A stretch of DNA of 64,000 nucleotides from the human T2T-CHM13v2.0 reference genome, Homo sapiens, in NCBI RefSeq assembly GCF_009914755.1, contig NC_060938.1. One strand, written 5' to 3'. The notes beneath the pieces were generated by a model. The model made no database searches. It worked only from the letters and a program-made list of their open reading frames with translations, and was not told the origin of the DNA. Below are positions 27,821 to 42,407 of the stretch, piece after piece. A program made the translations under genes and the position numbers. Position 1 is the stretch's first letter. Every line of letters starts with the position of its first letter.

Positions 27821-28911
27821 TTTTTTTATTATTATACTTTAAGCTCTGGGATACATGTACAGAAGGTGCAGGTTTGTTACATAGGTGTACACGTTCTATG
27901 GTGGTTTACTGCATCCATCAACCTGCCACCTGCATTAGGCATTTCTCCTATTGCTATCCCTCCCCTAGGCCACACCCCACAACAGGCCCCTGTGTATGAT
28001 GATCCCCTCCCTCTGCCCATGTGTTCTCATTGTTCAATTTCCACTTATGAGTGAGAACATGCAGTGTTTGTTTTTCTGATCCTGTGTTAGTTTGCTGAAA
28101 ATAATGGTTTCCAGCTTCATTCATGTCCCTGCAAAAGACATGAACTCATCCTTTTTATGGCTGCATAGTATTCCATGGTGTATATATGCCACATTTTTTT
28201 AATCCAGTCTATTATTGATAGGCATTTGGGTTTGACCCAAGTTTTTGCTATTGTGAACAGTGCTGCAGTAAACATATGTGTGCATGTGTCTTTATAGTAG
28301 AATAATTTATAAACCTTTGCGTATATACCCAGTAATGGGATTGGTAGGTCAAATGATATTTCTGGTTCTAGATCCTTGAGGAATCGCCACACTGTCTTCC
28401 ACAATGGTTGAACTAATTTACACTCCCACCAACAGTGTAAAAATGTTCCTATTTCTCCACATCCTCTCCAGCAGCCGTTATTTCCTGACTTTTTAATGAT
28501 TGCCATTCTAACTGGCGTGAGATAGTATCTCATTGTGGTTTTGATTTGCATTTCTCTAATGGCCAGTGATGATGGGCTTTTTTTCATGTTTGTTGGCCGC
28601 ATAAATATCTTCTTTTGAGAAGTGTCTGTTCATAGCCTTTGCCCACTTTTTGATGGAGTTGTTTGCTTGTTTCTTGTAAATTTGTTTTTTTATAGATTCT
28701 GGATATTATCCTTTTGTCTGATGAATAGATTGTGAAAATTTTCTCCCATTCTGTAGGTTTCCTGCTCACTTTGAGGATAATTTCTTTTGCTTTGTAGAAG
28801 TGCTTTGGTTTAATTAGATCCAGTGGTCAATTTTGGTTTTTGCTGCCATTGCTTTTGATGTTTTAGTTATAAAGGTTTTGCCCATGCCTACGTCCTGAGT
28901 GGTATTGCCTA
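27821..28911 (-). mobile_element. L1PA (L1PA7/8-like) 3' segment
   Basis: ttattatactttaagctctgggatacatg 3' end; ORF2 C-terminal ORF 28117-28602 ([26 protein letters not shown]). Confidence 0.92.
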
Positions 28912-30052
28912 ACAAGTATATTCAGGACTTGAACTCAGCTCTGGACCAAGCGGACCTAATAGGCATTTACAGAATTCTCCACCCTAAATCAACAGAATAT
29001 ACATTCTTTTCAGCACTACATCACACTTAGTCTAAAATTTAACATATGCTTGGAAGTGAAACACTCCTCAGCACATGCAAAAGAAGGGAAATCATAACTA
29101 AAAGTCTCTCAGACCACAGTGCAATCAAATTAGAACTCAGGATTAAGAAATTCACTCAAAACCGCACAACTACATGGAAACTGAACAACCTGCTCCGGAA
29201 TAACTACTGGGTAAAAAATGAAATTAAGGGAGAAATAAATACATTCTTTGAAACCAATAAGAAAAAAGACAAAATGTACCAGAATCTCTGGGACACAACT
29301 AAAGCAGTGTTAAGAGGGAAATTTGTAGCACTAAATGCCCACAGGAGTAAGCAGGAAAGATCTAAAATCGACACCCAAACATCACAATTAAAAGAACTAG
29401 AGAAGAAAGAGCAGACAAATTCAAAAGCTAGCCGAAGATAAGAAATAAGTAAGATCAGAGCAGAAATGAGGCAGATAGAGACACAAAAAACCCTCAAGAA
29501 ATTAATGAATCCAGGAGCTGGTTTTTTTTAAAAGATTAACAAAAATAGATAGACTGCTGGCCAGGCTAATAAAAAAGAAGAAAAAGAAGAATCAAATAGA
29601 CACAATAAAAAACAATAAAGGGGATATCACCACTGATCCCACAGAAATACAATCTACCATCAGAGTATACTATAAACACCTCTATGCAAATAAACTAGAA
29701 AATCTAGAAGAAATCCTAGGCAAAACGAGCAAAGCTGGAGGCGTCACGCTACCTGACTTCAAACTATGCTACAAGGCTACAGTAACGAACACAGCATGGT
29801 ACTGGTACCAAAACAGATATATAGACCAATGGAGCAGAACAGTGGCCTCAGAAATAACACCACACATCTACAACCATCTGATCTTTGACAAACCTGACAA
29901 AAACAAGCAATGGGGAAAGGATTCTCAGTTTAATAAATGGTGTTGGGAAAACTGGCTACCCATATGCAGAAAACTGAAACTGGACCCCCTCCTTACACCT
30001 TATACAAAAAGTAACTCAAGGCAAATTAAAGACTTAAACATAAGACCTAAAA
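28912..30052 (+). mobile_element. Inverted 5' segment of the same L1PA (ORF2, internally deleted at ~29714)
   Basis: ORFs 29046 ([15 protein letters not shown]) and 29842 ([21 protein letters not shown]). Confidence 0.9.
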
Positions 30053-30057
30053 TCAAT

Positions 30058-30170
30058 CTTTCTTTTCTTTTCTTTTCTTTTCTTTTCTTTTCTTTTCTTT
30101 TCTTTTCTTTTCTTTCTTTCTTTCTTTCTTTCTCTTTCTTTCTTTCCTTCTTTCTTTCTTTCTTTTTTGT
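30058..30170. repeat. (TTTTC)n/(TTTC)n microsatellite
   Basis: Direct observation. Confidence 0.95.
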
Positions 30171-30431
30171 TTTCCTTGATCCTTGGGTGTTTGATTATTA
30201 AAGGCATGAGGTAATCTTATTTAGCTTAAATATGCTTAGTGTTCTATCATTTTCTCATACTTGAATGTTAAAATTTACTTGGTGTTCTATAATTTTCTCA
30301 TACTTGAATGTTAATATCTTTCTCTGGGTTTGGGATGTTCTTTCATATTCTCCCTTTGGATAAACTTTCTACCCTCATCTCATTCTCTACCTCCTCTTTA
30401 AGGCCAATCACTGTTAGATTTACTCTTTTTA

Positions 30432-30728
<297 letters not shown>

Positions 30729-33189
30729 TTACTCTTTTTAGGATATTTATTTTATCTTGTAGGCATGCTTCATTGTTTCAGTTTTTTCTTTTGTCTCCTG
30801 TGACTGTATCTTCAAATAGCCTGTGTTGTAGCTCACTAGTTAATTCTTCTGCTTGATCAATTCTGCTATAAAGAAACTTTAATGCATTTGTCAACATGTC
30901 AATTACATTTTTTTAACTCCGGAATTTTCCGTAATTCTTTTAAATTATTTTAATTTTTTGTTAAATTTATCTGATAGATTTCTTAATTCCTTTGTATTGT
31001 CTTGAATTTCTTTGAGTTTTCTCAAAACAGCTATTTTTAATTCTCTGTCTGAAAGGTCATATATCTCTGTTTTTCCAAGATTGGTCCCTGGTGCCTTACT
31101 TAGTTCATTTGGTGAGGTCATGTTTTCCTTATGTTGGTGTTACTTGTAGATGTTCTTTCTTGTCTGGGCATTGACGTGTTAGGTATTTATTGTAGTCTCC
31201 ACAGTATGAGCTTATTTATGTCTTTTCTTTGTAGGAAGACTTTCAAAGATTTAAAAGGACTTCAGCCCCAGCATCAATAATGTTATCTGGCAGACTCCTA
31301 GAGGTACTGCCTTGGTGGTCTTGAATAAGATCTGGAAGAATTCTCTGGATTACCATGCAGAGATGCTTTTTCTTATCCCTTACTTTCTCCCAAACATGTG
31401 GTCTCTCTCTCTCACTCAGTGGTGAGCCACCTGAGAAGTGGGTTGTGGTGATGTAAGCACTCCTGTAGCCACTACAACTGCAACTGAACTAGGTCAGACC
31501 TGAAGCCAGTATAGCACTGAGCCATGCCCAAGGCCTTTACCTTCAGGGTGGTGAGATCCCCCAGGTCCTGCACGTGTCCAGATATGCTGTTTGAGAGACA
31601 TGGATTGAATTCACAAACCTTACCAATTTACCTGATGTTCTATTCTACTGTGGCTAAACTGACACTCAAATCACAATAGAAAGTCCTTCCCACTCTTCCT
31701 TCCCCTTACCCCAGGGAGAAGGTCATCTCCCTGTGGCCATTGCTACCACTGGTCCATGGGGTGTTCTGCCAGTCCAACACTATATTTACTTAAAGCCCAA
31801 GGGTTCTTCTGTCAGCTTGTGGCGAATGCTGCCAGGCCTGGGCCTCATCCTTTAGAGAAATGGGATTCTTTCTGTCCCAGTGAAGGTCCAGTACTGCCTA
31901 CTCCTAAACTCAAGGACCCCAAGATTCTACTTATTACTCTACTTTATTGTGGCTGAGCTGAGGGGTGCAAGACAAAGTCCCCTTTACTTTTCCCTCTGCT
32001 TTTCTCAAACAATAAATATTTCACCATAGCCACCACAGCCAGGAATGTGCTTAGTTTCCCCTGAAATCAGCATGTCACAGAGCCCAAGGCCTATGCCATA
32101 CTCCCTGGGTAATGCTGGTGGTAAATCAGGAACTAAGGGCTCTTAATTCAGCTCATGATGAATCGGGACAGGATGGGGTCCTTCCCTTCAGGGTAGCAGG
32201 TATTTTTTTTTTTGGCTCAGGTCTGTCTAGAAATGTCACCTGGGAGAAATGTCACCTCAGCCTGGACTGGGGGTCTCACCACTCTGCCTGGTGCCCTCTT
32301 CTACTATGAGCTGGTATTCAAGATGAAAGACAAAGTACTCTTTACTCTTCAATCACTCCTTCTTAAGCAGAAAGAAGGAGTCACTTCTCTTGCTACAACC
32401 TGCACTGCCTGTGGCTAGGGGAGGGATAACACAAGCCCTCTTTTATCCACGCCAGTTGGTGTATCCCTAGGTCACATGCCACCCTTGTTCACTGGCTCTA
32501 GGCCCAGTCTAGCACCAGGAGTTGTCTAGGAACTGTGTTTTATAGAGTCAATGTTTTTATATTATGTGAGAGTATCAAATAATTTTTGTCAACTTTTTTT
32601 TCTCTATTAACTGGAGATTTTATTTTCTATAATATATTCCACTCTCCTTTTACATATTTTATATATATACATACATATTACATACATAGAAGATGTAGAA
32701 GGAAAATGGTATATATAAATATATATATATATATGATGTTAGTTCCTTTGAAAACAGTTGTATAGCTTTCCTACAGCTCTTTCAGCATTCAAAGTTCCCT
32801 GCTTCTGCAAACTGTAATGAATTCTTTTAGTTTCCTAGGTATGCCATGAATCTAAAACTCTGTTCCTTTGTACACATTCATATTATTCCTTAGTCTCTGT
32901 AGTTGTCTTCTCCCTTATTTACTGTTGATCTCTGAAAAGGCAGTCACAAATAATTCTATTATACACAGGATCTCATAAAAACCTTTTCATCTCATGCAGC
33001 TTAAGGCTTTCTGCTGTCTCAGGAAATAGAACTCTATCAAACCACCACCACACTTCATCTAATTTTTATGTGAATTTACTGATTGTCCCTCTAAAATGTA
33101 AATTCAGGACGTAGTATTCCTTCTTAAGACACTGCTGAAAGATAATAGTGCCTCAATACATGGTATACTTATTTAGAGATGCTTGAAAG

Positions 33190-35230
33190 AAAATTATTAT
33201 TCTATGCATGCCACTTTGAGAAAATCAACTCTATAAAGGTATATTTTATGTACAATAAAAATGTTTTTAAAATGTCGTTTTCTGAGTTTTGGCAAATAAG
33301 CATACATGTATAGTCACCACACAAATCAAGATTAAAAACCTTTTCTTTCATTCCCTCATGCTTCAATATACTCATTCCACCATTATGCCCTCACCAGGGC
33401 CCAGCATAGATTTCATTTATGCTATTATAGATTAGCTTAACTGTCCTAGAAATTCATATTAATGAAATCATAAAGCATGTTTTCTTTTATTCTTATTTTC
33501 TTTTGGTTAGCATAATGCTTTTGAGATTTTTTTCATGTTTTTGCATGCATAACTTTTTCCTTTATATTGCTGAATAGTATACTATATCTTTTTATTTGTA
33601 TAAATGTTGATAAACATATGGTTTATTTTCCATTTTAATCATTATGAATATAGATACTATGAATGTATATGTGAAATTATTGGTGGCCATGTAATTTTAT
33701 TTGTATTGGGTAAAACTGAGGGGTTTTTGTAACTGTATTTTTAATTTTTTAAGCAGCTGTGGAAATTTAAGTCCCATTAAAATTTGTACAAAACAGGCAA
33801 ATTCCTACTGTTCCAATTTGTTTTTTAAGAGATGGGGTCTCAAAATACTGCCCAGGGTTGTCTCAAACTCCTGGTCTCAAGGGATCCTTCTGCCTCAGCC
33901 TCCCAAATACCTGGGACTATAGGTGTAAGCCACTGCACCAGATCAAACCTTTCTTAATTATAGCCATTCTAATACATGTACATTGGCACCTCATTGTGGT
34001 TTTAAATTGTATTTCTTTAATTGAGCATCTTTTCATATGATTATCAGCTGTCATTTTTGAAGTGTCTCTCTCAAACTTTTGCCCATTTAAAAAATAAGAT
34101 ATTTTTTCTCACATTACTGAGTCATAAAAGATTTTCATATATTCTATGTTTACGTCCTTAGTCAGATATAATTTCATATATTCTATATTCAAGTCCTTAG
34201 TCAGATATAAGTACTGTAAATATTTTCTGCTAGTGTGTAGGTCATATTTTGTTTTCTGTTTTGCGTTTTTCAATCATTGTCTTTTTAAAGAGTAATGTTA
34301 AAATTCTTTTGTAAAGCAGTGTAATGTGCCTTTTTTGTTTTGGTTTTGTTGTTTTTGGTAATTAGTGCTCCTGTGATCTCTCTAATAATTTTTGCCTTAG
34401 GTTTGTGAAGATTCATTGTTATTCTTGAAGACTTATAGGATTCCTTTTACACTGTGACTTGTGACTAATTTTGAATTCTTTGGGGGGTTTGGGGTAACAT
34501 AGGGGTTGAAGTACATTTTTCTCGTACAGATATCCAGTGGTACCTTACTATTTGTTTAAAATATTTACTTTTTGAAAAAAACTTTCCTTTTTCTCCCTTA
34601 AATTAGCTTTATGCTTCTGCCAAGAATCACTTGGCCAAATATGTGAGACTTTATTTCCAGAATCTTTATTCCATTTCATTGATTTCTGTCTCTATTTTTC
34701 TTCCAATTTTACTCTCTCCTGTGTGCTATTACTCTATAATACTCCTTTAAATCAGATGGTATATGTTTCCCAAATTTGTTCATCTACTTCATAGTTGCTT
34801 TTATTACTTTAGATTCTTTGCATTTTCATATAAATTGTAGAATTAACTTGTTAACCTCTACAAAATGGCATATGGAGTTTTAATTAAGATTATTTTGACT
34901 CTAGACAAATTTTGAGAAGTTGACATCTTTCAAATGTTAGCTTTTCCAATACATGAGTATAACATTTCTTTTCATTAATTTAAAGCTTGTTTAATTTCAA
35001 TGAGTTATGCCTTGTTTACACTGTAGGAATCTGTCAGGTTTTTGTGGCATTTGCTTTAAAATATTTACAAATTTTGACATTAATGTTACATAGTAATGTA
35101 ACGTTACTTCAATGTGATTATTTCAAATTATTATTACTAGTAGTAAGCAATAATTATTATTAGTAGTAGTAAATATATAATTGGTTTTAGTAAATTGATC
35201 TTGTATCCTACCGCTGTCTGAAATTCACTT
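33190..35230 (-). mobile_element. Old L1M (MC/ME-type) LINE, degenerate
   Basis: T-rich antisense L1 3' UTR/ORF2 remnants (cctcattgtggttttaaattgtatttc; ttgatcttgtatcctacc). Confidence 0.7.
33820..33945 (-). mobile_element. Alu monomer (FLAM/AluJ left arm)
   Basis: agagatggggtctc...tcaaactcctggtctcaagggatcc...ggtgtaagccactgcacc. Confidence 0.8.
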
Positions 35231-35682
35231 ATCAATTTATGAAAGTTTTATAGGTTTCTTAGTATTCTTTAATACTGACAATAATGTGGATTTTGGGAGA
35301 TCAAACAGAGAGATTATTAAGACTCTCTTGTAATTTGTACTTGCATTTGAAACGCAGCTAAGAAGGTCAGAAGATGCCTGGAATGGACTATGGCAATAGA
35401 GTATCGGGCTTGAATTCGTCAAAAGCTGCATGCTGGAGTCTGTCAGGGAGAAGGATGCATCAAAGTTTCCCTCCAAAAGACGATTGAAACAAAAACAAAA
35501 GCAAGCAAATAAAAACTAAAAGCCCTGCACATGTGAAATCCTCAAAGGCAATCTTAAAATGGTGAGGGGATGGCTTAGAAAATCCCATGAAAATACTTCG
35601 TGGGAAAAGATCAGGCTTTAAGATGTTCTGAAGTCAAGAAAGAGCAAAGCCAAATTTAACAAGAAATTTTGGGGTCTGTTAC

Positions 35683-35724
35683 CTTTTTGATTTGAATAAA
35701 CCTGCATATTCTTTGGCTTCAAAT
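35683..35724 (-). pseudogene. Candidate exon (42 nt)
   Basis: ctaattacctatag acceptor with branch-like ctaat; donor AAG|GTAACA; open in two frames. Confidence 0.3.
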
Positions 35725-36159
35725 CTATAGGTAATTAGACAATTTTATTTAAATTATACCATCCCCAAAACTTAATAAGCATCTGTACTGTTTTACTTTC
35801 AGATAATATTAAATTGTCCAGTTAGTAATTAAAATGTTCTGCCTCATGAAATCATCAACACTTCAATTTAAAATTAAGCCCTCTTGTTAATATGATTAAG
35901 TGTAGGTTCTAAATTTTATCTAAGTTTTACATCAAAATTACCAGTCAGCATGTACTTGACTTAGCATATTGTTCCCCTATTTTACATTTGTTAGACAACA
36001 GCCTATAGCACTGCTAATAAGGCTAATTATTGCGTTTATCTTATGTTCTAAATGGTTCTTGGTCTCAAATGCACAACGTTTTTCACATTTATTAGTTCTT
36101 TTTATGAACAAAATCAATCTATTTCATTTTCTGTCTTCACTCAATAATAGACCTGACTG

Positions 36160-36400
36160 CTTTATGATTATGTGTCATATTTACGTAATATGTGCCACAT
36201 CCCAGGGAATCTTGTACATTCTTTATATTTATTCTTTGCAACTGTCCTATGAGGTAGATGTATGAACATGTGCATTTTATACATGAGAATTTGAGGCAAA
36301 AAACTTTTACCATTTGCTCCTGGCCACCTAGCTCATAGTAGTAGCCATAGGATTTAGTCTCAGGTAGTTTGGCTCAAAAATTGTCCTTCCAACCAGTATG
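36160..36400 (-). mobile_element. MIR SINE
   Basis: tgtgccacatccc...cctatgaggtagatg...attttatacatgagaatttgaggc. Confidence 0.65.
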
Positions 36401-36503
36401 TTGTTTCTTTCCGAAAAATGTGAATAGTGGAACATCAGGTTTATAAAAATTCGACATCAAAATTATCAATAGTCTTTGATAAAATGTTTACTCCTAGGCT
36501 CAC

Positions 36504-36553
36504 CTGCTTTTGTATCCATTTAATAATCATTTAAACAAGATGTCCATGTGATT
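36504..36553 (-). pseudogene. Candidate exon (50 nt, stop in every frame)
   Basis: Acceptor ggtcttttag; strong donor CAG|GTGAGC. Confidence 0.35.
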
Positions 36554-38213
36554 CTAAAAGACCCTAACATTTAAAAACCAGTGAAATAATGGTTACTCTT
36601 ATAAAAAGGAATAAAATCTTTTTTATTTTTAAACTACTTGATAATATTTACTTTCATTTTGTTTGCTTAGGGATTTTTTATAATTTAGATGATATCTGTT
36701 TTCTAAAATACTTTTGAATATTCTCATATTGTATCTATAAATAACACAAATAAGTAACATTTCACTCTGGGAGACAGTGTTAGTTATTATAGAAATGGCT
36801 TTGTGCAGTGGCTGAAATTGATAAAGATTTGTCTGTAAAATTGAAAGTAAAATTCTCTGTTTCCCCTCTGCCTTATTTCATGCTCATATATTCCATTTCA
36901 TGTGTTTAAGACGGCAGCCGAGTCTTTGAAGTATAACCACGTTTTGTGCAGGAAAAAGGTAGCAATGAAAACAGGAAATGCTTTATCAATTCAATATATA
37001 CCCTTTTCTCAAGGATTCCCAATTGCTTCCTACCTAAACTATGTGACATGGGCTGATGCTTTGTTAGAATGAAGCTAGCAGAATACATACTTAAGTGTTT
37101 TGTCAGCAGCCCATGGTGCAGGCCAAAGACTTCTATTAGTATCCATTATCTACATTCACTGCCCCCTTAAATAGAACATTTCACTTCTTTTCTGCATAAG
37201 ATTGACCTTAAGTATCATCCAGTTACTCTATATGGCCCGAAATTTGATGTTGTCTTGTCACAAATTTGGATGTTGTTTCTAAGGATCTGGCAGCCTATAA
37301 TCTAAAAATACAATTTATCTTCAGATGACTCACACAGTGTACAGTGGTAGCAAAGGAAGAAGAAACAAGGTTTTCATTCATAAGGGGCTAAGGGGAAACC
37401 CTGAAGAATCACTTATCTCTAGCACAAGTCAATTTTAGTGAATGTGTATGTGAGGAAAACCTGCTATTTTGGCCAATATAAAAACCTTAGTTTTGCCTTT
37501 AGAAGAATCCGACTTAGGTATTACAATGATTGTCCCTTCTGAATGGATCGCTGGGAAGGATACTCTTCTGTCAGGCTGCACAGACTTAGAGCCCATTTTG
37601 AGTTCGTGGAAATTGGGGTCTTAGAAATAGCTTTAGGGATTGAACAATTTCATGTTGACAAAATAACTGTCTCAAGACTTTTAAAAGTTTATAACCTATT
37701 ATCTTCTTATCATTTGCACTTTTTTCGAAACACAGCCAACAGATTACATCAACAGAGCCTTTTAGTCTGAAGACTAATAGTTTGTGTTCTGAGTTATGCC
37801 TATGTGTTAGTTCACAAGTTAATGGCCGCTGCTTTGACCACACCATTCTACTTTTTCACTGCAATATACTAGCTTCTCTCCACCATTTTATTTGGCAGAA
37901 CGAGCTTAATGGATGGTGCTTAGAACATTCTGAACTCCTAGTTGTAGACAGGTAAAAGCTGCCACTTGACATTCTCTACATCTAATAGCATCAGCACATA
38001 CAGAGCATGTGGCTTTTTGAGTCTGGAAAAGTTCTGAGCAGAAGAACTTTCACACAATTTAGATTTCAGGCTGCAAGTAGAGAGGCCCTCCCTCAGCAAA
38101 GCAGCTTTTAGTCTTTTAATTCATCTCTTCCAAGACTTTTCCAACAGTTGCACAAAGTCAGCAAAATCAAATTAACATTTTCATTTTTTCGCCTTTTTTT
38201 TGTTTTAGTTTTT

Positions 38214-38514
38214 TGGTTTTTTTGGGTTTTTTTGAGACAGAGTCTCGCTCTGTCGCACAGCCTGGAGTAACGGCACAATCTCGGCTCACTGCAAGCTCCG
38301 CCTCCCGGGTTCACACCATTCTCCTGCCTCAGCCTCCTGAGATGCTGGGACTACAGGCGCCCGCCACCGTGCCCAGCTAATTTTTTTTGTATTTTTAGTA
38401 GAGACGGGGTTTCATCACGTTAGCCAGGATGGTCTTGATCTCCTGACCTCCTGATCCGCCTTCCTTGGCCTCCCAAAGTGCTGGGATTACAGGCGTGAGC
38501 CACCGTGCCCGGCC
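38214..38514 (-). mobile_element. Alu (AluY-like, CpG-rich)
   Basis: ctgcaagctccgcctcccgggttcacaccattctcc; TSD tgttttagttttt. Confidence 0.95.
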
Positions 38515-39914
38515 TGTTTTAGTTTTTTTTAATAACACTTCCTGTAAATTCTGGTGTCCTTGACTATGTGATCTGCATTCCAATGTAGAAAGAGACTTTG
38601 ACTGCTTTGTTTGTTTGTGTTTTGTTGTTGTTGTTGTTGTTGTTGTTTTATCACAGAACAGTGGGTTGAGCAACTTTTCAACCTGCAGTGGGGTAAATAC
38701 TGATTCTCCCACTGCCTAACAGAGTAAATCAGTATCATTATTTTGTCTCACTGCCCAGTCATTTTTGAACATATTTCTATAGTTCTGGAAAATCTCCAGA
38801 TTATCTCCCCAACGTAGAAGCTAAACATTTACACTTGTAGGCTTGTTTGCTACATACACACTAGCAGTTGATTGACTAGGCCTTTTGTGAAAGACAGTCA
38901 TATCACCTTAAACAATGTGAAGAAGCAGAAACAGTGCAAGAGGAAGATAGCAATACAAACACCCCAATTTTAGAAGCATTGGTGTTTGCAAGTTTGCATC
39001 CATAATGCAGAAATGGCTTGGTGGTTTGTGACAGTAGGAGCTGCTGAAGATCATATTCGTGGGTGCAGTATACACACTACTGTAGCTTCCTGGCCACTGC
39101 ATTCACATGGCAGTGAAAAAGGCATTAAGAGATCTCCTGCCAATTATTCAAAGTAGATTTAGGCATGATTCCTAGAAACCTAGCTTCAAGACCATTTCTT
39201 GAGTCCTCCCAATTTTCCAGTAAGATGAATGCTCTTTCTTTTATTGCTCTCCTTTTCTACATTTTGTTTTCCTCTGTCAGCCTCAGGGTTGCTTGAAATT
39301 AAAGACATGGATAGAGGAGCATTGAATTCTAATGAGACACATCCTTGAAAATACCAAACATAAAAAAGTAAGAATATACTTGTGAATATAAATTTATTAG
39401 ATTATTTTAAAATGTATGTGCATGTATTATGTATATGTGTGTATGTGTGTGTGTGTATATATATATATATAAAATACATCATATATTGTAAATGCCATTG
39501 ACTTTCTGTTTTATAATATCCACACATAGATATCCATGGGTGTACACAAACATTACATAAAGAAAGAAGTACATAAATAAATAATTATAGACTTGAAGTT
39601 AAATAATCCTAAGCAAATTGATTGCAGTGATGGAGATACCTTTTTGTTTATTACAGCACATCGTTCAAAGTAATCTTAGGCTTTAGGCAAAATGTTGTCA
39701 CGCCCTTTAATGCAAAATATTTTTGAATATGTAATATTTCTTTATGTTTTATGTCAATGTCCAGGTAAAATATAACCATAATGATTGATTGATTAAAGCA
39801 ATTTTAAAATAATCAATACAAATTTTTTCATTAAAATAGCAATGGAGAATTTTGTTTTAAATAGTTGTGACTCATTTATTAGTGTTTCTTTTTTCATAAA
39901 ATTAGCAAAGTATA

Positions 39915-40098
39915 TCTATATATAAATATATATTTTTACACATATATGTATATATACATATACTTATACATATATATACATGCATATACCTATGTATACA
40001 TATATACATATACTATATACACATATGTGTATATATATAATTTTTCATAAAGTGAGCAAACTGTATATACACAGACACACACACACACACACACACAC
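39915..40098. repeat. (TA)/(CA) alternating purine-pyrimidine simple repeat
   Basis: Direct observation. Confidence 0.9.
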
Positions 40099-41995
40099 AA
40101 GAATATACTGGATATCTCCACTTGGATATGCCTCATACATGTCACCATCAACGTGTTCCAAAATAACCTCAATATCTTTTCTATATTGGCCTCCACTGAT
40201 TTTCAATTTTTGCTTAATAATTTTGCTACTCACATAGTCACCCAAGCCAGATGTTTGGAAATTATTCCTTATTTCTTCTTTTTCACATATTGCATGTTCC
40301 AGTTTGCTGGTGAAGAGTTAAGATTGTAGGCAAAGATTTTTATTAAGACTCCATTTGTTTCTGAATATTCTGAGAAATGTAAGAGCAGGTACTCTGCCTT
40401 ATTCCTCTTGCACTCACTGCTAGGATGGATAAAACTAAGCAATAAATATTAATGATAACTTTTTTCAGCGAAAAGAAAAGTTACTTTTCAATATACAGGC
40501 ATAGCTCATTTTATTGTGTGTTGCTTTATTGCACTTTTCAGATATTGTGTTTTTTTTTTACAAACTGAACTCTGCATTGAGCAGGTCTGTCAGCACTGTC
40601 TGTGGAACAGCATATGCTTACTTTGAGTCTCTGTGTCACATTTTGGTAATTCTCACAATATTTCAGTTTTCATTATTAATATATCTGTTATGAGTAATCT
40701 TTGATGTTACTATTGTAATTGTTTGGGGGTGCTACTACCTGAGCCCATAGAAGTTAGAGAACTTAAATGATAAGTGTTAATGTGTGTTCTGAGTACTCCA
40801 TTGAACAGCTTTTCTTCCATCTCTTTCCCTCCTTAGGCATCCCTATTTCTCATTACACACGATACTAAAATTAGGCCAATACACAACCTTACAATGTGTT
40901 CAACTGATAGAAGTTGCATGTCTCTTACTTTAAGTCAAAATCTAGAAATGATTAAGCTTACTGAAGAAGGCATGTTGAAAGCCAAGATAGGATAAAAGCT
41001 AGGCTTCTTGTGAAAGACAGCCAAGTTGCAAATGCAAAGGAAAATTTCTTGAAGGAAATTAAAATTGCTATTCCAGTGAACACATGAATGACAAGGAAGC
41101 TAAACAGTCATATTGCTAATAAGGAGAAAGTCTGAGGGGTCTGTATAAAAGATTAAACCAGCGACAACAATCCCTTAAACCAAAGGCTAATCCAGAGCAA
41201 GGCTCTCTCATCAGCTCTATGAAGGCTGAGAGAGGTAAGGAAGCTGCAGCAGAAAAGTATGAAGGTAACAGTGGGTTAATGTTCTTTAAGGAAAGAAGCC
41301 TTCTCCATAACATAAAAGTGCGAGGTGAGGCAGCAAATTCTGATGTAGAAGCTGCAGCAAGTTACCCAGAAGATATAGTTATGATTATTGATGAGGGTTG
41401 TTACAGCTTAAAATTGAAATAAGATGTCATCTAAGACTTTCATAGCTAGAGGGAAGCAAATGTTTGGCTTCAAAGTGTCAAAGGACGTCTGACGTTCTTG
41501 TCACAGGATAATGCAGTTGGTGACTTTAAGCTGAAGCCAATGCACATTTACCATTCCCAAAATCCTAGGGCCATTAAGAATTAGGCTAAATCTACTCTGT
41601 ATGCTCTATAAGTGAAACAACAAAGCCTAGATGACAGCACGTCTATTTACAGCATGATTCACTGAATATATTAAGCTTATTGTTGGGAAATACTGTTTAG
41701 GTCTCAACAAAAGATTTCTTTCAAAATACTACTTCTCATGAAAATGCGCTTGGTCATCAAAGAGCTCTGATGAATATATTCAAGGGGATTCATGTTGTGT
41801 TTATACCTACTAACACAACATCCATTCTTCAGCCCATGGGTCAGGTAATTTCAACTTTTATGTCTTATTGTTTAAGAAATACATTTTATAAGGCCATGAT
41901 TGCCATAGATACTGATTCCTCTTACGGATCTGGGCAAAGTCAATTGAAAATCTTTTGGAAAAGTTTCACCATTCTAGATCCCATTAAAAACATTT

Positions 41996-42407
<412 letters not shown>

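Noticed and set aside
31250-32540. GC-richer block as a possible promoter/CpG island
   Set aside because: CpG-poor and contiguous with the L1MA; it is the element's 5' region.
37200-38110. ORFs at 37543 (+) and 37586 (-) in moderately GC-rich DNA
   Set aside because: No recognisable motif or good splice boundaries; more likely an ancient LTR-element remnant I cannot classify.
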